In this document: positions 1 through 6,910 of the stretch, piece after piece | Layout of the letters: every line of letters starts with the position of its first letter | Position numbering within the stretch: position 1 is the first letter of the stretch | Assembly (NCBI GenBank): GCA_016935155.1 | Contig: JAFGRQ010000017.1 | Span: forward strand, 1-36,970 | DNA length: 36,970 nt | Source of the DNA: Candidatus Woesearchaeota archaeon | GTDB taxonomy: Archaea > Nanobdellota > Nanobdellia > Woesearchaeales > UBA10107 | Direction: 5' to 3' | The notes under the pieces: generated by a model | Databases searched by the model: none | The model's input: only the letters and a program-made list of their open reading frames with translations | What the model was told of the DNA's origin: nothing | Program-made: the position numbers and the translations under genes

Positions 1-1
1 A

Positions 2-436
2 AGACTTATTGAAATTCCAGATGCTCCAAAATTAGAATTGGAAATGGATTTACATCCAGACAATAAAAAAGGCGGAAGGAAATTTGTTACAGGAACTAAG
101 TTTTATGTTGATGAGGAAGACTTGAAGCAGATTGGCGATGGAGAATTAGTCAGATTGATGGGCTGCCTTAACTTTACAAAAGAAGGAAATAATTTCAGTT
201 TCATTTCAAAAGAATATGGAGCTTTCAAAAATGAAGGAAAAAAGCAAATTCATTGGCTTCCCGGAGACATGAAGCAAATAACGAAAATAAAATTGAAGTT
301 GGACGACAATTCAGACGTTGATTGCTTTGTTGAGAAAGGCGTTGATGATGTTAAAGTGAATGATGTTGTTCAGTTTGAAAGAATAGGTTTCTGCAGATGC
401 GATGCAAAGAACAGTTTTTGGTTCACACACAGATAA
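2..436 (+). CDS. gltX: Glutamyl-tRNA synthetase, C-terminal anticodon-binding part (5' truncated by window edge)
   Basis: Frame open from position 2; archaeal GluRS/GlnRS-type beta-barrel motifs 'LHPD', 'VRLMG..NF', 'IHWLP', 'VVQFERIGFCRCD', terminal 'FTHR'. Confidence 0.9.
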   Translation, partial: RLIEIPDAPKLELEMDLHPDNKKGGRKFVTGTKFYVDEEDLKQIGDGELVRLMGCLNFTKEGNNFSFISKEYGAFKNEGKKQIHWLPGDMKQITKIKLKLDDNSDVDCFVEKGVDDVKVNDVVQFERIGFCRCDAKNSFWFTHR

Positions 437-461
437 ATTAATAAATGAGTTAATTTTTGCA

Positions 462-818
462 ATGAACATGAAATTGACAAAAAAAGACAGACAATTAGAG
501 CACAAGATTTTTGAAAGATGCGATTCTGAACTAAAAAAAGAAGGAAAAGGAATAGGTGCAAAGCTTTCTTTCGATGTGCTTGGGTCCTTAGTTGTGGGTG
601 CGGTGGCTGGCGGAGTGACATATGCCGCAACAGAAAACATTCCATTAGCATTAAAAGTCGCAGGAGTATCTTCAGCACTTTCATTCTACGTTGGACTCAG
701 TGGTTCACTTGATATGCATAACGACGAAATATATCAGAAAATGGAACCTCGTCTTATTAGAGCAGGAATGAATTCTAAAAAAATCGCGGAATTGCACAGT
801 GAATACCATACATACTAG
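462..818 (+). CDS. Hypothetical membrane protein (two hydrophobic helices)
   Basis: ORF 402..818; ATG 462 (MNMKLTKK) avoids overlap with gltX; hydrophobic stretches VLGSLVVGAVAGGVTYA and LALKVAGVSSALSFYVGL. Confidence 0.6.
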   Translation: MNMKLTKKDRQLEHKIFERCDSELKKEGKGIGAKLSFDVLGSLVVGAVAGGVTYAATENIPLALKVAGVSSALSFYVGLSGSLDMHNDEIYQKMEPRLIRAGMNSKKIAELHSEYHTY

Positions 819-952
819 ACTTCTTTAAATGCCCAAAAACAAGCTTTCTAGCCCGTCCTTTTATAAATAGACTAGAAACATTTTTAAACAGAAACCGCCT
901 AAAACAGCTTAAGGGGGCGTAGAAACGCCTTTTACGCATAAGAGGTGCAAAA

Positions 953-1123
953 ATGGGAGATAGTTTAGTTGTTAAGGCGAAAATCAAAGACGTTGCCAAG
1001 GGATTTAATGTTTCTGGTGACTTTGCAGATGCTTTAAGCGCAGTTGTTGAAAGAAAAATCAAGCAAGCTTGCGACAGAGCCGAAGCAAACAGCAGAAAAA
1101 CAGTAATGGCAAAGGACCTCTAA
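953..1123 (+). CDS. Small histone-fold protein (alpha3-truncated, face-to-face/DUF1931/Bd0055-like), 56 aa
   Basis: Not in the ORF track. Manual translation MGDSLVVKAKIKDVAKGFNVSGDFADALSAVVERKIKQACDRAEANSRKTVMAKDL; histone L2 motif RKTV..(R/K)DL; SD-like GAGGTG at 942-947; T-rich tract after the stop. Confidence 0.88.
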   Translation: MGDSLVVKAKIKDVAKGFNVSGDFADALSAVVERKIKQACDRAEANSRKTVMAKDL

Positions 1124-1188
1124 AGGTTCTTTTATTTTTTATAGAAATTTTTTGAAATTTTCTATTTCGAGGGCTCAAGAGTATTTTA

Positions 1189-2571
1189 TTATCTTAGAAT
1201 TCTGAAAATACTCAGGGGAGTTAGGCTTAGAAGCTTTTCTTTCGCTTCATGTATTGTGAATTTTTTGAGATGATGTCTGGTCTCTTTTACCTTTCCGATT
1301 AGCAGCAAATAAACGAGAAGTCTGCCTGCAAAACTGAGAAGCATAACGAAAAGGATAGCGGCAATCCCCCAAATAAATATGCTCAGGGAAGCAATGATTC
1401 CGCCGGTTATTGCTCCTGCAAATCCTCCAAAATTATTCAAAATATGGAAGTATGCTGTTTTTGAAGCTACCTTTTCTCTTTTTACTGCATCAAAAATGAA
1501 ATTTGTTGCCGCAAGATTAAATCCGGACCAAATAAATCCGGAAAAAAATTCGAGGCAAATTGTATAAGGAAATATCAGCGAAGGATTGTAAATAAAAACA
1601 TAGTAAGATGCAAACCAAAGCAATGCAACAGCGGAAGTAAAAATTCCCGTTACTTTCATAGTTTTTTTGGTTCCATATGCGTCCTCAAATCTTCCCCACA
1701 TCGGCATGAAGATTATGCTGCTTATTGCTGCAGCTATGATGACCATGCCAAATTCAATTTTGCTGTAGTTCAGAAATGTTAGCATATAGACCGCAAAATA
1801 AGGGGTTGCAATATTCGCTGCAAAAGACAAAAGGGAAATAAAAACGGCGAAATGGCCGTAATTTGTTCTCCAAACTGTTTTTAGAAAATGAAAAAATCCT
1901 TCTTTTTTTCTTTTTGGCTCGATGTATTCTGGTTCGTATTGCTTTTTGAAAAGTACTGCAGAATAGAGCCTTCCCAGAAAAGCAATCGAAAACAAAATAG
2001 CGAAACCATAAAAAATCTCTATTTTTTCAAAATAATCAAGAATAAATCCTGCCGCAAGCGTTGCAGCCAACGCAACAATTCCTGTGATTCTGTTTCTCGT
2101 TCCTAAATACTGTCCGTAATTCACGGGGACAATGTCTTTCATCCATGACATCCAGACAGGATTTACAGAAAGTCCAGCTCCTATGAGGAGGGAAAACACA
2201 ATGATTGTGAGTGCAGGAGCCAAGCCGTGGTTTATTTTGAAAATAAAAAAACTTGCGGCAATTGCAAGCATTGCCAGCCACATCAGGCTTTGAAAAATAA
2301 CACCAAATATAACTATGTCTTTTCTTTTTCTTATTTTCATCAAATCCACAGACAACAATTCCGACACGCTGCCAAGAAGAGTAGGAAGAGTAGTTAAAAT
2401 ACCAATTTGTGCATTATTTGCTCCGATAGAAAGCGCAAAAGGAGTCATATATCTAAGACCAAATCCATCCATAACACTATACGCAGAACCTTCCTCTATG
2501 CTTATGTTTCTTGCCTGTTCTTTTAAGTGTTCTTCGTCAAGCGTCTTTTTTATTAATTCTTGTTTCTTCAT
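1189..2571 (-). CDS. MFS transporter
   Basis: 460 aa with about 12 hydrophobic helices; MFS motif A-like 'WGRFEDAYGTKK'; 'WMSWMKDIVP...G.YLG.RNR' is typical of an archaeal/bacterial MFS subfamily. Confidence 0.88.
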   Translation of the reverse strand: MKKQELIKKTLDEEHLKEQARNISIEEGSAYSVMDGFGLRYMTPFALSIGANNAQIGILTTLPTLLGSVSELLSVDLMKIRKRKDIVIFGVIFQSLMWLAMLAIAASFFIFKINHGLAPALTIIVFSLLIGAGLSVNPVWMSWMKDIVPVNYGQYLGTRNRITGIVALAATLAAGFILDYFEKIEIFYGFAILFSIAFLGRLYSAVLFKKQYEPEYIEPKRKKEGFFHFLKTVWRTNYGHFAVFISLLSFAANIATPYFAVYMLTFLNYSKIEFGMVIIAAAISSIIFMPMWGRFEDAYGTKKTMKVTGIFTSAVALLWFASYYVFIYNPSLIFPYTICLEFFSGFIWSGFNLAATNFIFDAVKREKVASKTAYFHILNNFGGFAGAITGGIIASLSIFIWGIAAILFVMLLSFAGRLLVYLLLIGKVKETRHHLKKFTIHEAKEKLLSLTPLSIFRILR

Positions 2572-3163
2572 TTTCTTCTGCAGCGAATCCCAAAATTAAA
2601 GTGGACATTCTCATGACAAACTCAATCATGACCACAAAAATACCGTAATATATCGCTTCTTTCCAAAGAGAGGTCACATCAAATAATCTTACAAACAAAT
2701 TCACAAGAGAAAATTGAGAAATGTCAGTTAGAAAAACTGCCAAAAGTGCGAACGGAACCAATTTTGCAATGTCTTTAGAGAGATCTTCATGATAGTATGA
2801 AGTTATCCTTATTGTTGCAACCAGTCCCATAGACAGAAGAAGAATGTCTGCGATTGCATTGTTTGACAAAGCAATAAGGAAAACAGAAATTATTGCGAAC
2901 CAAAACATAACAAATATCGGAAAAAGAACAAGATATTCGAGGACATAGAGGAGCACATTGACCACGTTGCTGAGTTTGCTCTTGAGCAGCCTGACTCTTT
3001 TTCTGAGATTAAGAGGGAATATGTTTTTTTTAGACAGGCTTCCATACAGCTGATAGACATAAAAAGAATAGAAAACCATGCCGACAACAACAAAGAGAAG
3101 AGTTTTGATTATGTTGGCTCCTTCCTCAAAGGATAGTTGGGACAGCACCTCTTGCAAAGTCAT
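2537..3163 (-). CDS. Hypothetical multi-pass membrane protein
   Basis: 208 aa, about 5 hydrophobic segments; 'IRITSYYHEDLSKDIAKLVPFALL' looks conserved; TATA-like tttaaa about 25 nt upstream. Confidence 0.75.
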   Translation of the reverse strand: MTLQEVLSQLSFEEGANIIKTLLFVVVGMVFYSFYVYQLYGSLSKKNIFPLNLRKRVRLLKSKLSNVVNVLLYVLEYLVLFPIFVMFWFAIISVFLIALSNNAIADILLLSMGLVATIRITSYYHEDLSKDIAKLVPFALLAVFLTDISQFSLVNLFVRLFDVTSLWKEAIYYGIFVVMIEFVMRMSTLILGFAAEENEETRINKKDA

Positions 3164-3276
3164 GTGGCTATTTTCTGTTCTTTTGTTTTTAAATGTTACT
3201 CAAAAAAACATGACGCCAGCACCCGGACAATGCCCAGCAAAGCTGTGCAAGCCCGTGTCCTGTCGTTTCTTCGAAA

Positions 3277-3361
3277 CGCCAGCGCCAGGATTTGAACCTG
3301 GAAGTCCTTGCGGACACTCGCTTTCGAGGCGAGCGCATTAACCAGATTTTGCTACGCTGGC
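3277..3361 (-). tRNA. tRNA-Ser(CGA)
   Basis: Reverse complement GCCAGCG-TA-GCAAAATCTGGTTAATGC-G-CTCGC-CT-CGA-AA-GCGAG-long variable arm-CCAGG-TTCAAAT-CCTGG-CGCTGGC-G; G73; CCA not encoded. Confidence 0.95.
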
Positions 3362-4036
3362 ATATTTTTCTAGCTTCCTTTGTTTTCTAGTGTGAGTGAA
3401 CCCTATCTCCTTTAAAAACCTTCTTCTGTCTTCTTTACGGGTTATGTGGAGCAAAAAATTAGTGTTCCACGTAGCTTTTTTCCTTTTGTATTCATATATT
3501 TTGCTTTGTATGTCGAATTCTTTTAACATGCTGCAAATTTGAATCAATCCAAATTTATTCACACTTTGTATAGTTATGGTTTTTTGTCCAACGTAGGCTT
3601 CACAGTCATAAAATGCACGAAGCCATTCTTTTCTTTCGGAAACCGATTTTAAATAGTTCAAGGGAACTCTCCATTCAAGACTATGAAATGAACCGTGTTT
3701 TAATAAATCTAGAACAATTGGTTTAGACGAAGCTCTGACTCGAAAATAGTTTTTTTCTTTTTTAATCTGTGGTTTTATTTCATATATTTTTTCAAATGCA
3801 AATAAAAAAGAATTTAACATTCTTTTGTTGTCTGGGAAGAAAGAAACATCATGGTGTTTGTGTGTTTTCCACGTTCTAGCTGAGACAAATCCATCTCCCA
3901 TCAAATATGCAAGTATTCTTGCTTTCAATCCGGGATATTTCGAACTATTTTTTTCTATTTTGTTTGTTTCATTTCGAAGAACTTTGCTCCACCTATTGAT
4001 TGCAATTTTTCTATTCCATTCAGATTTACTTAACAT
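3338..4036 (-). CDS. Free-standing LAGLIDADG (DOD/intein-type) homing endonuclease-like protein
   Basis: Two LAGLIDADG motifs, 'ILAYLMGDGFV' and 'WLRAFYDCEAYV', both with the acidic residue; C-terminal 'FLKEIGF.H..K..KL'; no Hint splicing motifs; last 24 nt lie inside tRNA-Ser(CGA). Confidence 0.88.
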   Translation of the reverse strand: MLSKSEWNRKIAINRWSKVLRNETNKIEKNSSKYPGLKARILAYLMGDGFVSARTWKTHKHHDVSFFPDNKRMLNSFLFAFEKIYEIKPQIKKEKNYFRVRASSKPIVLDLLKHGSFHSLEWRVPLNYLKSVSERKEWLRAFYDCEAYVGQKTITIQSVNKFGLIQICSMLKEFDIQSKIYEYKRKKATWNTNFLLHITRKEDRRRFLKEIGFTHTRKQRKLEKYASVAKSG

Positions 4037-4057
4037 GACTCAAGAAAGATTTCTGGG

Positions 4058-4088
4058 TTTAAATATCTCACGCGAGGTTGTCTTGTGG
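4058..4088 (-). promoter_or_regulatory. Putative TATA box plus conserved 13-bp motif CCACAAGACAACC upstream of LAGLIDADG gene 1
   Basis: Motif at 4076-4088 and TATTTAAA at 4058-4065; same motif and spacing recur at 15653-15683. Confidence 0.7.
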
Positions 4089-4154
4089 GAGAGGTGGCCC
4101 ATTGTCCCACGCTGGCCTATTGAATCGGAGCAGAACGTCAATATTAAAACCTTT

Positions 4155-4610
4155 TTATTCTATGTCATGTATTCGGAATGTAATATAGTAGTTCATTAAG
4201 AAATTCAAAACACCAACAACTGCACATGAAATAAAGTTTGCAAGGAAATAATGCATTTTCAGAACTTCAACTAGGAAAGCAAGAACACCTAAAACAGCGA
4301 TTCCGCTTAGTGTATTTATGATAAAAAACAAAGCAAATCCTTTTTTGTGTGATGTTTTTGTTCCCTTGAATCCCCATCGTCTGTTCAAAGTATAACCAAC
4401 AACGCTACCAATAACATATGCGGCACCTGCAGAAATCAAATACTGTATTTTGAATAATTCAACAAACAAAAGAAGTAAAACATAATCTGTTCCTGCAGGA
4501 AATACGCTCGTTATTGCGTATCTTATGTATCTGGTTAAAAGATTTGGAGCTCTTCCTCCTAGTGATGTTGCATGATTCAAAGCATTTTTTACTCTTCTAA
4601 TTCTTTTCAT
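4155..4610 (-). CDS. GtrA family membrane protein (putative lipid-linked sugar flippase)
   Basis: 'RYIRYAI...TDY..L...E', 'YTLNRRWGF', four hydrophobic helices, C-terminal 'LNFLMNYYITF'. Confidence 0.85.
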   Translation of the reverse strand: MKRIRRVKNALNHATSLGGRAPNLLTRYIRYAITSVFPAGTDYVLLLLFVELFKIQYLISAGAAYVIGSVVGYTLNRRWGFKGTKTSHKKGFALFFIINTLSGIAVLGVLAFLVEVLKMHYFLANFISCAVVGVLNFLMNYYITFRIHDIE

Positions 4611-4617
4611 AATAAAA

Positions 4618-4692
4618 TACCCCTGTTGGGATTTGAACCCAAGTTTCCGCCCTGAGAAGGCAGAGTGCTTGACCGGGCTACACTACAGGGGC
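4618..4692 (-). tRNA. tRNA-Glu(CTC)
   Basis: Reverse complement GCCCCTG-TA-GTGTAGCCCGGTCAAGCAC-T-CTGCC-TT-CTC-AG-GGCGG-AAAC-TTGGG-TTCAAAT-CCCAA-CAGGGGT-A; TATATAAA about 25-30 nt upstream. Confidence 0.93.
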
Positions 4693-4737
4693 ATAAACAA
4701 ACTTGTTTAGAAGCTATTTATATAGATATCGCCCAGT

Positions 4738-5208
4738 TTATCGCTGATACGTTTGTCTTATGCATTCTTCTACTTCAGAAACCAATCCTTTATTTTTTTC
4801 AGTTCCATAATAACCAATGCAGCACTTAGCAAGAGGTGCATTAAGATGAGCATCATGAGGCTCATTCAAGTACAGTTCAAATTCAAAATATTTTTCTTTA
4901 TTTTTTTTTGATGTGTGAATTGTCAGTGATGAAATTATTTTGTCTTTTGTCATGTTTTCCGTGCTTCCTTTGTATTCCGAGCCGTCAAAATACTTGACTG
5001 CAATATCAGATAAATCGAGGCACAATCCTTTTTGTGCAAGAACTTTTGCAAGAACATTTGGCATAGCTCTTCCATGAGACTCAATGAATCTTGTAACAAT
5101 TGTCGGAAAATTGTGTTTTGGTGTCGGTCTTCTTGTCGTATTTGTTTCAAGATAATGTATTTCTCTTCGTCTTCGTCGCAGAATTTCATTTAGAATTTGC
5201 CGTTTCAT
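4738..5208 (-). CDS. Hypothetical protein
   Basis: 156 aa ORF with a TATA box (ttatataaa, about 5231-5239) at leaderless spacing; no recognised motif. Confidence 0.65.
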   Translation of the reverse strand: MKRQILNEILRRRRREIHYLETNTTRRPTPKHNFPTIVTRFIESHGRAMPNVLAKVLAQKGLCLDLSDIAVKYFDGSEYKGSTENMTKDKIISSLTIHTSKKNKEKYFEFELYLNEPHDAHLNAPLAKCCIGYYGTEKNKGLVSEVEECIRQTYQR

Positions 5209-5314
5209 ATTTTTGTGCCTCGGTTAGTTATTATATAAACTCTCGTTTTCCCATTTGAGTAGCACAGGACACCTCCACCAAATGTTTATAAATGATTTAA
5301 GTGCCTAGTTTAAC

Positions 5315-6145
5315 ATGGACTCCCCCAAAGCAATCAAAAGAGTGCAGTCTGCTTCTTCAATCAATACATTCAAGCAATGTCCAAGAAAATATTTCTACCA
5401 ATACGTTCTCGCGCTGCCCATTGTAGAAAACATATATCAAATTAGGGGAAATATTGCGCACGATGCGCTTGAGCATTTTTTTCAAATCAACATAAATCAC
5501 ATCAATGAAAAAAATTTTGAAAAAGAGCTTAAAATAGCTATGCAGGAACTTCTTATTTTTCATTGGAGAAAGGAAAAAGAAAGACTTGATAAATTAAAAC
5601 TAGAGCCAGCTAAAATTAAATTTTATTTTGAAGAGACGCTTCACATGCTTATTGGATGGGTTGATTTGTTCTGCAAGAAAATAAAAACCACAAAAAAATC
5701 GTTCAAGGATGCATTTGAATTCTTGACTCCGATAGCTGAGCAATATTTTATTTCAAATAAATATGGTGTTCAAGGGTACATGGATGCTATCGAAATTCAA
5801 GAAGGCCACACAAGAATCATGGATTACAAAACTTCATCAAAGAATGAATTAACTGACGAATATCTGCTGCAGCTCGCAATTTATGTTTTATTGTACGAAG
5901 AAAAATACAAAAAATTTCCTGATGAAGTTGGATTGTATTTGCTCAAGCACGGAGAAAAATCAATCAAAGCAGACGAAAATTTGCTCAAGCTAGCGAAAAA
6001 GGAAATCCTTGCTGTGCATGAAAGAACGCAGAGCGAAGAAATTGAAGATTATCCTAAAAAAGAAGGTCCGTTGTGCAAATGGAGTTCCGGAAAGTGTGAT
6101 TTCTATGATATTTGTTTCGGGCAGAAAAAAGTCAAGGATTTTTAG
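5315..6145 (+). CDS. PD-(D/E)XK nuclease, RecB/AddB/solo Cas4-like, with probable 4Fe-4S cysteines
   Basis: 'SASSINTFKQCPRKY', 'G...H..LE', 'GYMDAI...IMDYKT', 'QLAIY', C-terminal 'CKW....CDFYDIC'. Confidence 0.88.
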   Translation: MDSPKAIKRVQSASSINTFKQCPRKYFYQYVLALPIVENIYQIRGNIAHDALEHFFQININHINEKNFEKELKIAMQELLIFHWRKEKERLDKLKLEPAKIKFYFEETLHMLIGWVDLFCKKIKTTKKSFKDAFEFLTPIAEQYFISNKYGVQGYMDAIEIQEGHTRIMDYKTSSKNELTDEYLLQLAIYVLLYEEKYKKFPDEVGLYLLKHGEKSIKADENLLKLAKKEILAVHERTQSEEIEDYPKKEGPLCKWSSGKCDFYDICFGQKKVKDF

Positions 6146-6470
6146 AAGTTTCTTTTTCTTGTTTTTCAAATTTTTCTATGATGTGAGGAAGACGATTCAG
6201 AGCATCTTTGTGAATACCCATTATTGCAATTTTTCCCTTGAGATTCAGTCCCGTTCCTCTGCAGCTGCAATCGTAGTATTCAGATTTCCCTTGGTTATTG
6301 AGATGATAAATTCCTCTGTGTTCCGGCTTGCAGGTTGTGCATGCTCCGCCATTAGAAATTTGATTCAAGTATGTCTGATAGACAAGGTTTTCATCAAGTT
6401 TTAAATCAAGACTTACTTTTTTGGGTAAATTAAATAATGCTCTTCCTATTTTGTCTGCCAAGGATATCAT
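6132..6470 (-). CDS. Hypothetical protein with CxxC/CxC cysteines
   Basis: 112 aa; 'ACTTCK' and 'DCSCRGTG'; TATA-like ttatttaa about 20-28 nt upstream. Confidence 0.55.
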   Translation of the reverse strand: MISLADKIGRALFNLPKKVSLDLKLDENLVYQTYLNQISNGGACTTCKPEHRGIYHLNNQGKSEYYDCSCRGTGLNLKGKIAIMGIHKDALNRLPHIIEKFEKQEKETSKNP

Positions 6471-6553
6471 GGAGTTCGTTGGAAATAACTTATTTAAGAA
6501 CTTATCGAAATTGTGAGTTCAAGGAGTCTTCCAAGTTTCGCAAAAACAAAAAA

Positions 6554-6674
6554 TGAGCCCGAGGGGATTTGAACCCCCGACCCCATGGTTACTTTCGGAA
6601 CCTTGTTTCGAAAGTTCGAAAACGAAGGTTTTCGTTAAGAGCCATGTGCGCTAACCAGACTGCGCTACGAGCCC
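6554..6674 (-). tRNA. tRNA-Lys(CTT) with a 46-nt intron at 37/38 (intron 6590-6635)
   Basis: GGGCTCG-TA-GCGCAGTCTGGTTAGCGC-A-CATGG-CT-CTT-A[intron]A-CCATG-GGGTC-GGGGG-TTCAAAT-CCCCT-CGGGCTC-A; removing the intron gives a 75-nt cloverleaf. Confidence 0.92.
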
Positions 6675-6731
6675 ATTAAACAGACTACGCAGTGCAGGCA
6701 TTTATATACTTTCTGGGTGGGTAACAAAAGC

Positions 6732-6766
6732 TTTATATACACATTATACTAGATATATTGTGTATA
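6732..6766 (+). promoter_or_regulatory. TATA box overlapped by a palindromic operator (TATACACA-N15-TGTGTATA)
   Basis: TTTATATA at 6732-6739; perfect 8-bp inverted repeat at 6736-6743/6759-6766 with further inner symmetry; ends 3 nt before the RHH gene. Confidence 0.7.
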
Positions 6767-6769
6767 CAA

Positions 6770-6910
6770 ATGAAGGAAAAAGAGACCACGCTCAGACTTA
6801 GAGAGTCAACTAAAAAGAAACTCAACGAAATAGAATTTGCTAAGAAAGGAAAATCCTATGATGATATTCTCAATGAATTGCTCGACAAGTACGGGAGGCT
6901 GGCAAAATGA
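6770..6910 (+). CDS. Small ribbon-helix-helix DNA-binding protein (VapB/antitoxin-like), 46 aa
   Basis: Not in the ORF track. MKEKETTLRLRESTKKKLNEIEFAKKGKSYDDILNELLDKYGRLAK; beta-strand 'TTLRL' plus 'SYDDIL.ELL' pattern; ATGA overlap with the next gene. Confidence 0.8.
   Translation: MKEKETTLRLRESTKKKLNEIEFAKKGKSYDDILNELLDKYGRLAK

Noticed and set aside
775-1062. Track ORF on the minus strand, and the many short ORFs antisense to or nested in long genes
   Set aside because: Shadow ORFs of better-supported genes (here the histone) with no motifs or initiation signals.
3247-3263. Minus-strand ACAGGACACGGGCTTG resembling RNase P RNA conserved region V
   Set aside because: No matching CR-I (GAGGAAAGUCC-like) partner found; the resemblance is probably chance.
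3338-4036. LAGLIDADG genes as intein or tRNA/rRNA-intron-encoded ORFs
   Set aside because: No Hint motifs or host extein, no rRNA nearby, the adjacent tRNAs are complete without the ORF, and I could not find group I core elements or a BHB around the ORFs.
5315-6145. Cas4-like nuclease as evidence of a CRISPR-Cas locus
   Set aside because: No repeat-spacer array or other cas gene seen in the window; solo PD-(D/E)XK/Cas4-like genes are common in archaea.
6770-6910. Toxin-antitoxin module
   Set aside because: No PIN, RelE or MazF-like toxin gene is adjacent; the coupled gene is a secreted surface protein.
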